DNA of 64,000 nt, from assembly GCF_018977255.1 (NCBI RefSeq), contig NW_024704743.1, positions 66,838,001 through 66,902,000 of the forward strand, written 5' to 3'. Every line of letters begins with the position of its first letter. The first letter of the stretch is position 1. The DNA comes from Callorhinchus milii. Taxonomy: Eukaryota. The notes beneath the pieces are model-generated. The model made no database searches, was not told the DNA's origin, and saw only the letters and a list, made by a program, of their open reading frames with translations. The translations under genes were made by a program, and so were the position numbers. This document shows, piece after piece, positions 26,378 to 40,035 of this stretch.

Positions 26378-26964
26378 AATTTCTTGTGCTCCATATTCTA
26401 ACAGTTCTCTGTGTGTAAAAAAAATTCTCAAGCTGGATCCTAGTTTTTATCCTTTCTAGATCTCATCTGGGAAGAATTAGCTGATGACATTTTCAGGCTT
26501 TCTCGTCAATGCTGCTAGAAAGCCAACCAAGTGTGTGATGTCTCACTCATGACCTCAGTAACAATTTCCAAAACTCAAGGAAGAGAAATACTTCTAAAAA
26601 CCCTGAGAGATCCAAAGGTTTTTATTTGCTCATAACATCCTTGAGTGGCTTGTCCTTGATGTAACTTCCTGCTTCATTCTTAATTGGCAAGAATAAATAA
26701 GTCATGTTTGATCGTAAAATGCTGCCAGGACAGTTGACATCTACATCCGTGATGATACTCTACAGCCTGCTCTGGCATGAGAACAGACAAATAGCTGCTC
26801 CTCCTCTCGCATTAGCTGAATGAGGGAGTATAATCTTCTCATTGCTTATTTCAGGCTTTGTTTTAATGGAGTTAACATCTCAGTCTCTCCACTTGAGATC
26901 ATTCAACAAAACTTTAATTTCTACCTCCCTTTCCGTTTCAGATGGTACATGCAATTGAACGGTC

Positions 26965-27795
26965 CACCTCTGTCCACCTTCCCATGCCTTGCTCATCCTC
27001 TCCTCTAACTCCAAATGTGAGGAGATGATGGACTTCCTTGAGTCCAAAATTAAATGATACATTATAGACTTGCTTGATTTCTTAACATCATTAAATAAAG
27101 AGCCTGAACACAGACATGAGATATCTCAAGGATAGATGTTTCCTCTGCCCTTTCGACTTCCACATGTATGCGGATGACACCCAATTCTATCTCTCTGCCT
27201 CCACCCTCGACTCCAGACCACTGCTGTCCTGACGGATTGTCTGTCAGACATTAATGTTACGCAGGTGGTGGAAGGCAGAATATGTCATCCATGCAATGAC
27301 ACATTCTGCCTTCCACCACCTGCGTAACATTGCCTGCTTCTACCACTAGCTCTCCCCTAAGGCTGCTGAGACCCTCATCCATGCTTTCATTACATCCAGG
27401 GTTGACCATGCTAACTCCCTACTTGCTGAACTTCCCAACTCTTTCCTCCACAAGCTGCAGGTTATTCGGAAGTCTGCAGCTTGTGTCCTCTCCTGCTTTA
27501 AGCTCTGTGCTCCGATCACCCCCATTCTTGCCCTGCTTCACTGGCTTCCCATCCCCCTGAGAATCAAGTTCATTTTTAAGCCCTCCGCAGTCTTGCTCCT
27601 CCCTATCTGTGAGACCTACTATAACATTACCAACCTCCCGGCTGCCTCCAATCGCGGGTACTGACCTGCTCCACTTCCTCCGCCCTGCCCGTTGTATCAT
27701 CGTAGTTGGGCCTTCAGCATTTCTGGTTCCATCCTCTGGAATGCCAACCCAGAGCCCCTCCACCTCCCATGCCTCCTTCAAAGCCAATCTCATAG
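26965..27795 (+). mobile_element. Fragmented L2 ORF2
   Basis: ttccacatgtatgcggatgacacccaa (FHMYADDTQ) at ~27160; AAETL, LQVI and LHWLP remnants at 27330-27790. Confidence 0.85.
27253..27331. repeat. Inverted repeat/hairpin: 36-bp arms (1 mismatch), 7-nt loop
   Basis: aatgttacgcaggtggtggaaggcagaatatgtcat-ccatgca-atgacacattctgccttccaccacctgcgtaacatt. Confidence 0.95.
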
Positions 27796-30364
27796 GATTG
27801 GAAAGTAACAAGTGTGACTCCTGACTTTGCTGAATGGAGTGCAGATCAACCATCAAACTGCAAACGTTGATTGTGGGAATGCTGGGGTGAAAGATCTGAT
27901 GTGATAATTATTCTGTAAAGCACCACTGGGATACATCAAATCTGTTATGAAATGACATAAATTTCTTCCCTTGGATTCAAATACATTTTCCGCAATATAT
28001 AAGATTCAAGAACAAAACATAATAGGAAATTCAGGAGATTTTCTTTAAGTAAAAGAGTATAAAGCAAAAGAGTTGCCCCACAAAACATGTTCAGTCCATT
28101 TTACAGTGAATCTGTAAAATATTTTGAGACAACAACAAATTTGTACAGCTTATATTTATATTATAATATATATATAGATGCTGAATGACAATAACAATAA
28201 ATAATAGGTAATAAATAATAATTAATGACAATAACAGTTAACAGACACAAAGATTTGAAAGGTGCAAGGCATAATTTGTCAACAAAATCATTTATTACAC
28301 TGTTTTTAATTTTAATAATTACAATTACTAATTTGACAGTAGTGTAACAAAAACAATTTGCAATTACAGAGTGCCTTTCGCATAGGGAGAATATCTCAAA
28401 ACACTTTACAAAGACAGACTTTGAGCTTTCCATTGGTGGGGTGGAGTGGGCAGGGAGCATGACCAGTGTTGGTATAGCAGAATGAAAGAAGCGGGGAAGG
28501 TTGGGTGTGATAGGGGTGGAAAGTCTATTGTGGGAGAGGGTCAGGGGCAGACTGAGTATACAGTAAATCAGGAAATGTTCTGAGTGCCCTTGTGAATGGC
28601 TCCCAATACTTAATAATAATGCAAGGATTATTATTAATACTTACATCCCAGTGAAGCTTAGTCAGAAGTGCTGTCAGAAGTGCTTACCAATGCTGCGATT
28701 TACTGTAACCCAACAACAGTGAAAATGTAAGTACTTCATTTAGCCTCCACCAAAAATCATCATAATGAAAGGAAGGAGGGGACAAAGCACATTTTAGTTC
28801 ATTTGACAGACTGACTATGTAAAGTGAACTGTTTCCTGCCAGTAGAATCACATGAACCACGAGTTCAACAAAACATAACCTTTCACCTTTATACTTTTTC
28901 TCATAATGCAAAAGATTATGGATTGTTTTTCTCCACTATAAAATTGCACACAAAGCACAGCTATGAATACAATTCAGATTGATAATTAAAACACAGACAA
29001 TACCCTCATCATTTTCCACAATTAAAAACCTTCCCTCTTATCTGATATGTCACTTTTCCATTGTTTTCTCATTTGGTGAATGCAAATATTGTGTGAGATA
29101 TAGGAGAGAACCTGAATTATTACAGTATCATTTTTGTAAATCAAGTATTGTATAAACAGCCAGATCATTAGATTCAGTGTATTTATCATTCAATGTAAAT
29201 TTACATTTATATATCACTTTTGACGTCAGGAGGATGTCCCAGGGCACTTAACAAAAATCTCCTGGTATCTGAGCTTGGAGTGAGAGCCAAGGTGAGGGGG
29301 ATAGATGATCAAATATGCAATCAAAAAGGTAGATCTTAAGACAGATGTTATCATTCGCAATTCAACAATTTCCATTTATATAGCAGCATTCACATAAGCC
29401 ATCATCTCTGAACAATTTAGATCAGGAAACATTATTTGCAGCATTATAATCTCATCTCCACCCCACACACACATGCACAATTTGTAAAATGGTCAATGGG
29501 TTGAGCAATGTACAACTTTTGGTGATTGTTTATTAAATATTTTTAAAATCTTACAGTTTATATTTTTATATGTTTCTGCCACCTTTGTCTCCAAAATCAA
29601 CATTCGCTTAATTTCTAAACAACGTCTGTGTTTAGCAGTCCAATACATCCCTTTTTGCCTGGAAGATGCTGTATATATGTGAGCTGTTTTGATATGAGTA
29701 TTGTGTAGTCAGCAAACATAATCCCAATTCAGCACAGGATTCGAGATGTTAAACAGCAACAATGAAATAAAAGTTGTAAGAACTTCCTCTTTCCTAGTGA
29801 AAGAAAGAGAAGATTCAGCTTTCACAGATTCCCATTTTAAGCATGTGCCAGATGCCAAGGGTCATGTTATCTGCCTGCAGCATAAACATTTCCCTACAGC
29901 TGCCATTCCACAATTTTCACTTGAGTTTCTGTGTTCTGTCTATGTTGCATGTGCCATCTGGGAATCTGTGTCTATCCTGTGGGAGGGAAGGAGGAAAGAA
30001 GAGGGGGTTGGGGAGAGAGGGAAGGAGGGAGGGTGGTTAAGATTACCTTGTAGTGAAATACTATCCCTTGTCTTACCATTTATCTCAAGGCAGTTTGTCA
30101 GAGGTTAAAGTGGACAATCGTAAGCAATGGCAAAAAGTAAATATACTGTCAATACACAGAAATAAAAGTGAATTACATTATTTTGATGAGTGTACTAAAA
30201 CAAAATCCACCATAATAATAATCATTGCATTTATACTGTATAGTAAAGCGTTTGAGACATCTTGTAATTTGAAAGTCACTATATCAAATGCAAGGATTGT
30301 TATTATTAAACTTCATTATCATGCCTGGACTTAGTATGAATAACACTTGCCAATGGAGCCATAT

Positions 30365-30680
30365 TCACTTCACTCAACCTCTCTTTGTCCACCGGCATGT
30401 TTCCCATCACCTACAAAGCAGCTGTCATTACCCTATCCTCAAAAAATCTTCCCTCGACCTATCCCTTAACATATCCCACCTATCCCATCTCCAACCTCCC
30501 TTTCCTCTCCAAGATACTGGCACAAGGTATTGCTTCTCTTTCCTCTCCTGACACTACCTCCATGAATCCCTCCAATCTGGATTCCATCCTGCTCACACTA
30601 CAGAGACTGCCCTGGTCAAAGTCACAAATTACATTTTCTTATTGAACTCTTTGCTGCCTTTGACATTATCAACCATTCTA
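30365..30680 (+). mobile_element. L2 RT fragment
   Basis: YPISNLPFLSKIL; degenerate HSTETALVKV and AAFDIINH. Confidence 0.8.
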
Positions 30681-30877
30681 TAGTAATTTAAATGTTTGCA
30701 TAACCATCAATAAATAAATTTTCAAAGCAAAACACTTGGACATAAGCAGTAATAAAATGGATGACTTTTGAAGTATTTAAGACAAATGAAAACAAACACA
30801 AATTTATGTGTTAATAAAGTGATAAATCCAAAATGATTAAATTATTATTTTCATTTTCAAAGTAATAAATCCTTGCA

Positions 30878-31075
30878 AAAAAAAACAATTATAAATTGGT
30901 CATTCAATCCACGACTGTTTGTGGGACACTGCTGTGTGCAATTGGTTGCCACATTTCGCCCACAAAAAAATATACGGTCAATTCACTTTACCGTATATTC
31001 TGTGAAGCACATTGAGACGTCTCGTAGACGTGATAAGGTTCTATATCAAATGCTAGGATTATTATTAATATATTA
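30878..31075 (+). mobile_element. Composite SINE 3' half
   Basis: Deu segment plus tail on the plus strand. Confidence 0.8.
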
Positions 31076-32349
31076 TAATCATAGTTTCAGCACTCCGAGA
31101 CCCCACCTCATGTGAAGGGTGCTATATGAACGCAAATTGTTGCATTTGTTATAAAGGCTGCTGGTTGCTACAAAAAAAATTCTGTGCTTTTGTTTCACCC
31201 TTATTAATTTACTTAATCTCATTAATTAAAAAGTCTAAAGAGCTTTCTTAGAATACATTAGGTATAAAAAANGTTCTGTAAGCATGTTTCTAAAGTGATG
31301 CTTCAGGAGAGCTAATAGACTGCTCACATTCATCAGTGTTTACACATTGGTATTATTAAGGAACTACCGGGTACAATTTGCAGTACAATTTTTAACCCCA
31401 ATTCTTGTAAAGCACAAGGAATGTGTTAAGAAACTACCCAAATGTTACGACTATGTAAAATAAGCTTCAATATATATTAATGTTGGCCCCAAGAATTGGA
31501 TAATTTACTGCAACATCAACATAAATGTCCAGCCATATTTTGATGCATACTTTGAGAGGAGAAATAATAGTTGGGTTTAATTGAGGTCGATGCCTAATGA
31601 AACATTCTCAAGGGGGGAAATGTTTTAGTATTACTCCTGTTAGTAGTGAATTTCTCAACATACTTCAAAAGCCTTCACCAATACCATAGTGACTTTTCAG
31701 CAGTAATTTGCAATTAGTTAAATACTGTTGTTAGATTTTTATTTGTGTTCTTTGCTGGCTGCTCGCCAAAAGCCATTCAGAGCACAATGGCACACAATAT
31801 TTACTTTATTCGCAGTGCGTGTAGTAATTTGATCATTGAAGTATAATTCTCCCATGTTTTTTATGTACTCTCGCTGGAATTACAGCAGACTTCTAGAGAG
31901 GAAATGGCCTCAAACACATGACATTTAATAGATCTTTTCCTCCCTTTCCCCCCAATAAATAACAATTGCAAAAATATAAAAATTCAAAACACGTCTGCAA
32001 AACTAGAGTAATACCACTGGGCATCCTGCCCCTTCACAAGATTTATAAATTCCAATATTTATACATTTTACATATATTACTGTGTATACAATAGGATTGT
32101 GTAAGTCGCCAATGGATGATACCTTGCAGTAAGTAGGAACCATTGTTAGCCAATTGGCAGATCCCTTTGTGGAGATAATAATCTCACCAAATATAAATAA
32201 TAATAATAATTTGGTCACTCAATCTATGACTATTTATGAGACACTTCTGCATTTAATTGGCTGCCGCATTTCGCCCAAAGTCACTACACTTTACAATATA
32301 TCCTGTGAAGCTCTTTGAGATGTCTCAACAACGTGATAAGGTGGTATAT

Positions 32350-34855
32350 CAATGTCCTCTTGCAATCTGTTACTATCCTCCTCACCATTTACTACTTTTC
32401 CTAGCTTAGTATATGCAAAATTGAAAATTGTACTCCCTATACCCAAGTCCAGGTCACTTAGATCCAAAACAGCAGTAGTCCCAATACCAACCCGTGAGGG
32501 ACACCACTGTACACTTCCTTCCAATCAGAAAAACAACCATTCACCACCATTCTCTGCTTTCTGTCTCCCAGCCAGTTCTGTATCCATGCTGCCACTGTCC
32601 CTTTAATACCACGGGTATCTATTTTGTTTCAAGTCTCTTCAGTGGCACTTTATCAAACACCTTTTGAAAATCCATATAAACTACATCAACTGCTTTACTG
32701 TCATCCACCCTCTCCGTTACTTCATCAAAAAACTCTTATCAGGTTTGTTAGACGTGATTTGCCTTTAACCAATCTGTGTTGGCTGTCCTTTGTTAACCCA
32801 TACTTTTCTAAGTGAAAATTTATTTTGTCCCGGATTATAGTCACTATAAATTTCCCCACTACTGACGTTAGGCTGACTGGCCTATAGTTCTCAGGTTTAT
32901 TATCTGCCCCTTTTTGTACAGGGGAGTAATATTTGCAACCCTCCAGTCCTCTGGCATCACCCTGGTGTCCAAGGAGGATTGAATGATTGTGGTCAGAGCC
33001 TACGCTATTTCCACCCTTATTTCCCTCAGTAACCTAGGATGCATTATATCCAAACCGGGTGACTTATCTACCTTGAGCACTGACAATTTATTTGTTCTGT
33101 CCCCGAACTATCCCCTCCTTGACGGCTTCCCATTGCTTGTTAGCTGTTTTACCGGTCAATCTTTCTTTCCAGTCCACCTTCCAGTTCCTTTTTAACTCAT
33201 TGAAATTAGCCTTCTTCCAGTTGAGTATCTTCACCATTAATTGTTCCTTGTCCCTTTCCATAAGTACTCTAAACCTAATGATGTTGTGATCACTGTTGTC
33301 CAGATGCTCTCCTACTGAAACCTGCTTCACTTGCCCCACTTAATTCCCCAGAACTAGATCCAGCACTACTTCCTTCCACGTTGGGATTGAAACATACTGA
33401 TCCAGAAAGTTATCCTGCACAGATTTCAGGAATCCTTCCCCCTCCTTGCCCTTTACACTGTTATTTTGTCAGTCTATGTTAGGATAATTGAAGTCCCCCT
33501 TTATAACTACTCTATTGGTTTTGCATCTTTCTGAAATCTGCTTGTAGATTTGCTCATCTATCTCCTTCGCACTATTTGGTGGTCTATAGTATACACCTAA
33601 CAGAGTAACAGCTCTTTTTCTGCTCCTTAACTCTAACCAAATAGATTCTGTTTTTGGATCCTCTAGCACATCAACCCTTGCCAGGACTGTAATCGTGTCT
33701 TTAATCAATATTGCCACCCCCTCCTTTCTTCCCTTCTCTATCCCTCATGAATACATTGTAGCCAGGAATATTCAATGCCATTCCTGCCCTTGTTTGAGCC
33801 AGATCTCAATTATTGACACTACATCATAACCTCAAATATGGTAACTTGGTAACACCAATCTTATTTGTCACACTCCGTTCATTAACACACATGCATTCCA
33901 AGACCGACTTAGTCTGCTCTGCATTTCTCCCCCTTTTAATCCCTCCTTTTTCTGGACTACTCATTATTACATTACTGTTCGTCTCTCCAGTCCTCTATGT
34001 AACTTGTTTATCCTCTCTGATGCTACATCCTGATTCCCTGTAGGATCTCAGACTTTTTTTCCCTACATCATGGATCCACACATGGATCACGACTTCTGGT
34101 TGTCCCCCTTGCCTCTGAAGAATGTTTTGCAACCATTCCATGATGTCTTCAACCCTGGCACCAGGGAGGCAACATACCATGCGAGAGTCACGTCTTTGGT
34201 TGCAGAAACGCTTGTCTACTCCTTTCACTGTTGTGTCCCCAATAGCCATTGCAATGACACTCTTCCCTGTGTCCCCCTGTGCATCCATTTGCTTTTGATT
34301 CCTCTCCCCAGAGGTGTCATCACCCTCAATATGGAGAACCGGCTTGTGAGTGCCACACTCTCAGAAGATTTCCCTCTTCCTACCAAGCAGGGTGGTCACC
34401 CATCACTCTTCTTCTGAACCCTCTGTGGTTGTGGGTGACCACATCCTGAAATATTCGATCCATGAACTCTTCAGCCTCCCGTATGCTATGTAGTGACTCC
34501 AGCCTCTCCTCGAGCTCAGAAACCCTGAGCTTAAGCTCGAGCAACTGGAGGCACTTCCCATACATATGTTTGTCCAGGCCATGCAAACCATCCTGGAGTT
34601 CCCACATGGCACACATTGTGCGTGTAAGCAGTCTTATCTGCCCTGCCAAATTCCCAGACATGTTTTATATTGTTTTAACATAAATATTATACATTATAAT
34701 TATGCACCTTTCTCCCTCTGCACAGCATTTCCACTCTCACCAAACTCCTGCACCGAATTCCCACTCTGTTCCATCCATTCCCACTGTCACCAAATTCCTG
34801 CACAGAATGCCTTGTTCCATCCTCACTCAAGTATGTCCTTGCTGGGTTCTCTGCT
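32350..34855 (-). mobile_element. CR1 LINE retaining the 5' region: ORF1 (zinc finger/coiled coil + SGNH esterase), endonuclease and partial RT; degenerate with deletions
   Basis: ORF1 CAMWE..CLQLLELKLRVSELE and IGDTTVKG..VCCLPGARVEDI..PEVVIHV; APE motifs ESIW, GVYYRPPN, GDFNYPNID, SDHN; RT remnants to LQEDID; short direct repeats at 34710-34825. Confidence 0.93.
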
Positions 34856-34869
34856 CGAGTGACTACTTG

Positions 34870-35490
34870 GTGACTATCCATTTTGGAGGGAGGTAAGCAG
34901 GTTGGTTCTCTTTCCAGCTGGACTGGTTCAAGGTGATATGTTTGGCAAGAGAATGTCAGAATAAAGCCCACCCTCTGTGGCAGTTTTGATAGTCTAGTTC
35001 CTGAGCCAGGCAGGTTCGCAATATTGCAGGGCACTGTTGAATGGCAGCACAGCCACCCTGGCTCATTGCTGAACTTGGAAGGACAGACCAGTCACTGGGG
35101 GCAGGGATTCTTCACGCTCAGCTCCTGTTAACCCTGCAAGCCAAAGCTCTAATGTAAGTGTGCCCCAGCTGGACAAGCAGTGAGAATGCTTGCAAAACAG
35201 CGATATCAATTGCAAGCTATGTGGTTTTAGTTGGTTAGACTCCAGCAGTACCCCAACACACACTGCAGGGTCCTCAAGCCTTAACTCTTGCCAACCTGCG
35301 TCTTGTACTTTCTGGAATTAGGTAAGTAGAATCCAACCCTCCAGAGAGAGAGTATGCATTCCATTCCAATAAATATCTGTGAAATTTCCATGTGTAGATA
35401 GGATGCATGAAATTCTCTGTTTGGTTTAGATATTCTTAAACACGGTGATGGGTTTCCGCATATTTCAGACACCCGGCTGACCAAAAAAAA
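34870..35490 (+). mobile_element. Unclassified ~600-bp A-tailed interspersed repeat, copy 1
   Basis: Colinear similarity to 35885-36475, 52195-52745 (-) and 56855-57485; ends cagacacccggctgacc-A8. Confidence 0.85.
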
Positions 35491-35884
35491 TCTACTTGGT
35501 AAAATTCAGATTTCAATAAAAAAGGTATTTGAATTGTTTCTGACCGTGCAGACTTTTATTTGACTGACCAAAACTGAAACAGGTTAATTTACCTGCCCAA
35601 TTAAAATGTTCTAGATGTCTTTATGATGGGTTTCAAATCAAACCCAGATTCCCCCCACTTGTGACTATGCTAACCACTATGCTATGGGACCTCACAATTT
35701 AGACTGAGCAGTAACTTTGCAATATGAACTTTTGAGGGAGCTGGTTAAAAAGTTGTTTACAAACAGTCTTCCCCCATGCCCCCATTTACCCAAAAGGTTA
35801 AAAAAATATATATTTTTATATCATCAATATATCAGTTTTTCAATTAGATATAAATAATAATAATTCTTGTATTTGATGTTACAC

Positions 35885-36475
35885 CAAGTGGGATTTCCTT
35901 GGAGCTGAACTGGCTCCAAGGTTAAATGCCTGGCAATGGAATGTCGGAATCGAGCCTGCCCTGTGAGGTGGTCTCGGTAGTCCGGTTCCTGACAGGCGGG
36001 TCCGGAGTATTCCAGGGCACTGCTGTTGACAGCATGGTCAGCCTAACTTATTGGCAGGACTTGGAAGGGCAGACCAGTCACTGGGGGCAGTGAGTCATCC
36101 CACTCAGCTCCTGCTAACCCTGTGAGCCAAAGCCCTAATGAGTAGGGTGGTCCTAGTTGGACAAGCAGTGGGAAACCTTGCCAGACAGCAATACCAATGG
36201 TAGGCTATGCGGCTTTAGCTGATTAGACTTAGCAGCACTCCACACTCTGTGGTCCCAAAGCCTTGGCTCTTGCCAACCTGTACCTAATATTTTCTGAAAT
36301 TCAGTAAGCAGGATGCATCCCTCCAGGGAGGGAGTGTGCATCCCATTTTCAACAATCTATCTCTGGAATTTCCATGTGTAGGTGGGATGCATGGAAATCT
36401 CAACTTGATTTGGATACTTGTAAGCATGCTGATGGGTTTTCACATGTGTCAGACACCCTGCTGACCCCCCAAAAA
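35885..36475 (+). mobile_element. Unclassified ~600-bp repeat, copy 2
   Basis: Shared blocks ttggaagggcagaccagtcactgggggcag, ctcagctcctgctaaccctg, gatgggttttcacatgtgtcagacaccctgctgacc. Confidence 0.85.
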
Positions 36476-38614
36476 GTAATGCCCTTTATGTCGAGAGACC
36501 ATCTCAAATCACTTCTCAGGACTACTATAATGACTAGTGACTGTGTCATGGACGTTTGTGGAAAATTGCTGTGTTCAAATTGGCTGTCACGTTCATCTAC
36601 AAAATATGCAGCCAAAATACACTTTAAATACACTTTACAGTAAAATCTTCTGAAGTGCTTTGACGCTTCCTCCCAATGTGATTGACACTATATCAAATAC
36701 AAGGATTTACATGATTTATTGTAATTACCAAAAGGAAACATTATAAAAGCTGTAAATTGCACCACAATGGTCTTAAATATAAAAACATAATTAATCGGGC
36801 GTCTATGATTTGCTAAGCCATAAGGAACAGCCGACTAAGCTGTAAACTGATTATTCTGCAGCATGATTTACAGAGCCTATTTGTGCCAGCAGTTTCTCAC
36901 TCAGAACCCAACTTCTCAAAAAAAGTGGCATTCTTACAATGCAGCTTTACAGGTGTTTTATAAATTATCACAAAGATTAATTCATCCTATACTCTTCCAA
37001 TGTGCAGAACAACAATGCACATCCTTCTATCCCATCCCTCCCTTAAACTACAAGTTGATTATTTTAATATTTCTTCTCATTTCCTGGCTTGAAAATTCAA
37101 CTATGTGCTCTCTCCCATAGTGTTCTTAAAGCTAAGCAGAACACAGTCTCAAATCAGCTAACCTTTCACATGATCCTAAAATCCTTTACGGTCCATGGTT
37201 TCAGACTTGAATCTTTCTAGGAATAGCACTCACTTTTGTTTAAAGAGTCCAGTTAATGGCGAGAAAAAAATTGGATGCGGACCTGATAGGTTTTATCTGA
37301 TGACCTTGGCAGCAACTGCACCATTATACACTGCATTGTGTATTAGCCCACACCCATTCCCAAACAGATTCAGATATAAACTTGAGAGGAAGGTGGGAAC
37401 TACAACTGGAGAGGGTGTGGTTCTCTAAGCAACCAATAAAGAAAGGTACAAAATAAAGAACGTGTATTTCTGTAGGGTCCATGATAAAGAAATTACTGAC
37501 AAGTTTACATCGTTACATGTGGCAGTCAATTTGCACACAAAGGACCATGTGATAAGTGACCAATTAATTTGGAGGATTGGACACTGGAAAAACTCTCCCT
37601 TCTTTTACCCCATACAAATACAGAGTCAGTATGCTTTACAGTGAATATTGTGAACTGCTTTCAGACATTTCAACGTGGAAAAGCCCTATATCAATAATAA
37701 TAATCCTTGCATTTGATATAATGCCTTATCACGTCTTCAAGACGTCTCAAAGCGCTTGACAGAATATACTCAAAAGTGAATTGATTGTACAATTTATGGA
37801 CGAATCGCAGCAGCCAATTGCGCCAAATGCAAGAATTAACATTATTATAAATTGTATTATAGGATAGTTAACACCTATACAATGACAGGCTGATAGGCCT
37901 TGGATTTAATTTCCGATCTGATGCATAGTATCTCTGAGAATGCTGCACTTCCCCAGCACTGGAGTGGTGCAACACTCTGGGATGCTACTCTTCGTGAGGG
38001 GCGCTATATAAATGCAAGTTATTGTTATTGGAGTGTCAGTTTAGACTGTGCACTACAGTCCCAAGGTTGAACCCACAGCATCTGGTCTAAGAGTCCTTAT
38101 CAACTGAGCCAGATTGAAATAATGATTAATTTGTCATATTGAATTCTACAGAGCAGGATATTTCTAAAATAAAATGCGTGGGGAAAGGCTACAGAAAGAT
38201 GATAAAAAGCAATAATCTCTTGGATGACGTGAGATCAAGGTTAACAAAATTATCAGGAAAAACGATAAATAAGATCAGAAGCTCAAAGATGTGGCAATTT
38301 CTAAAATAATTTCTTTGTTAAACAATCTAAGTGCAGACTCATTTAGCTAACTGGAATTGTGTACAGGTGTGACATCAACCCATAGGAACTCCCCTCCGAA
38401 GGTAGACTGAGTTAGCCAAGTTCTATTGAGTTAGCGAACAAATTACCACTATTAGATCCCATTAACCAAATATTTTTTGGATAACCTGCTTGGATAATTG
38501 AGAAGCAATTGTTATGGGGGGTTCTAAATCCAAGCTGAACAATTCAAAAATTATTTGGGCTTTCCCACATTTATCTGGTTCTGAATAATTCATGTTTGTG
38601 TTTGTATGGTAATA

Positions 38615-39076
38615 AATAATAATAATATTCCTTACATTTGTTGTGTTATAGTATTTTTTCATGTCAGGAGAATGTCTCAAAGCAGTTAACTGGATTTACT
38701 GCAAACTCTAGCCACTGTATATTTTGTAGCTAAACCCATCAGCCAATTTGCACACAGCAATGTCCCACAAACAGCCATAAAGTGAATCACCAATTTTATC
38801 TGTGGAGGAGAATAATCATTGGCCAAGACACTGGGAGAAACTCACTCCACTTTTCAAGTAGTGCCACAGGATCTTTAATGTCAATCTGAACAGGCAGATG
38901 GGATCTTGCATTTTTACATCTTATCCGAAGGATGGCACCTCCGGCCATGCAGGGCATCCCTATCCCTGCATCAGAGTCTCAGTGCATGCTATGAGTTCAA
39001 AGTCCCGATGTGAGGCACAAACCTATAACCTTCTGACTCAGAGGCGAGAGTGCTGCGTATTGAGTTAGGCTAACAC
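38615..39076 (-). mobile_element. SacSINE1-like DeuSINE, near full length
   Basis: Head (aaccttctgactcagaggcgagagtgct), body, Deu segment and (TAA)n tail. Confidence 0.88.
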
Positions 39077-40035
39077 CGATATCTAGACAGCTGAGGTAAA
39101 TGGTGCCTTCGGGATTTTCTGAGCACCTGAGGAAATCCAAGCCTGAGAAAAATTCAATCTGTAATTAAATATTGTTGCACTTGAGTAATTAGGCTACCCT
39201 CAAGTTAAAATCATAATTAAGGTGAAGGAATCCAATTTAATGTTACCTAGGTAACAGAGCTCATTACATAGCCGTTCATGATACGTACAAACAGAGAGTC
39301 AATAATTAAAATTCCTAGCACCGTAGTCTATACTTGAATTAATTATTTCACAATTAAATAGCAGATCCTTTTCTTGAAAAAAAATTACATGTCAGCGGCG
39401 TATAATTAAAATAAATATATATGAAATGTGGCAGGATAATTATACCATGTCCTATTTAATTCTGGTAGCCAAGACGTACAATGTGCAGTACATTGTAATT
39501 AATATTTTTTTAACATAAGATCATGAAATGATATAAAGGACGCATTGACTGATAGTTTTGCATAACTGGAAATTGTGATGGCTTCTTTCAGAAAGAAAAT
39601 TAAATGTCTGATTTGCATTTCTGCTTTGTTTTTTCCCCATAGGGAAGAATTGTTTAATTTTGTTGTGTGTGACCAGAATAGTAAAACTTAATAAGTCTGG
39701 AAATCGCCATGGCAGGAGTGTAATCTTCTGTTATATCTAGCTTTACTTTTGTAAATTCATAATGAAGCCCAGCACACAAATTCCACTGTAATGATGCATT
39801 TGGCAATAAATTGGTAATAAAAAAAGATAAGTATCTCATTATAGTAGCTTGTCCTTCAGCAAAAATGTTACATTTCAATTTTGTTTTACTCATTTAAAAT
39901 TTCCATCGACTCAAAATATTTTGCTAAAATTATTTAAGATGTGAACAATTCAGTTTCTAATTTATTTTATTGCGTTAATTGTATCTTGACTATTCTTGAC
40001 TCAAACCAGGATGAAATTTAATATTCATACAAGGA

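Noticed and set aside
31272..31272. Single N base
   Set aside because: Assembly ambiguity in an A-run, not biological
31285..31340. CTGATGA...GAAAC on the minus strand suggesting a hammerhead ribozyme
   Set aside because: The required stems flanking the core could not be formed
35630..35695. Degenerate tRNA-like A/B boxes on the minus strand
   Set aside because: Too decayed to assign; probably an old SINE head
36105..36140. CTAACCCT in the unclassified repeat resembling a telomerase RNA template
   Set aside because: Not conserved in other copies (gttaaccctg) and no other TERC features seen
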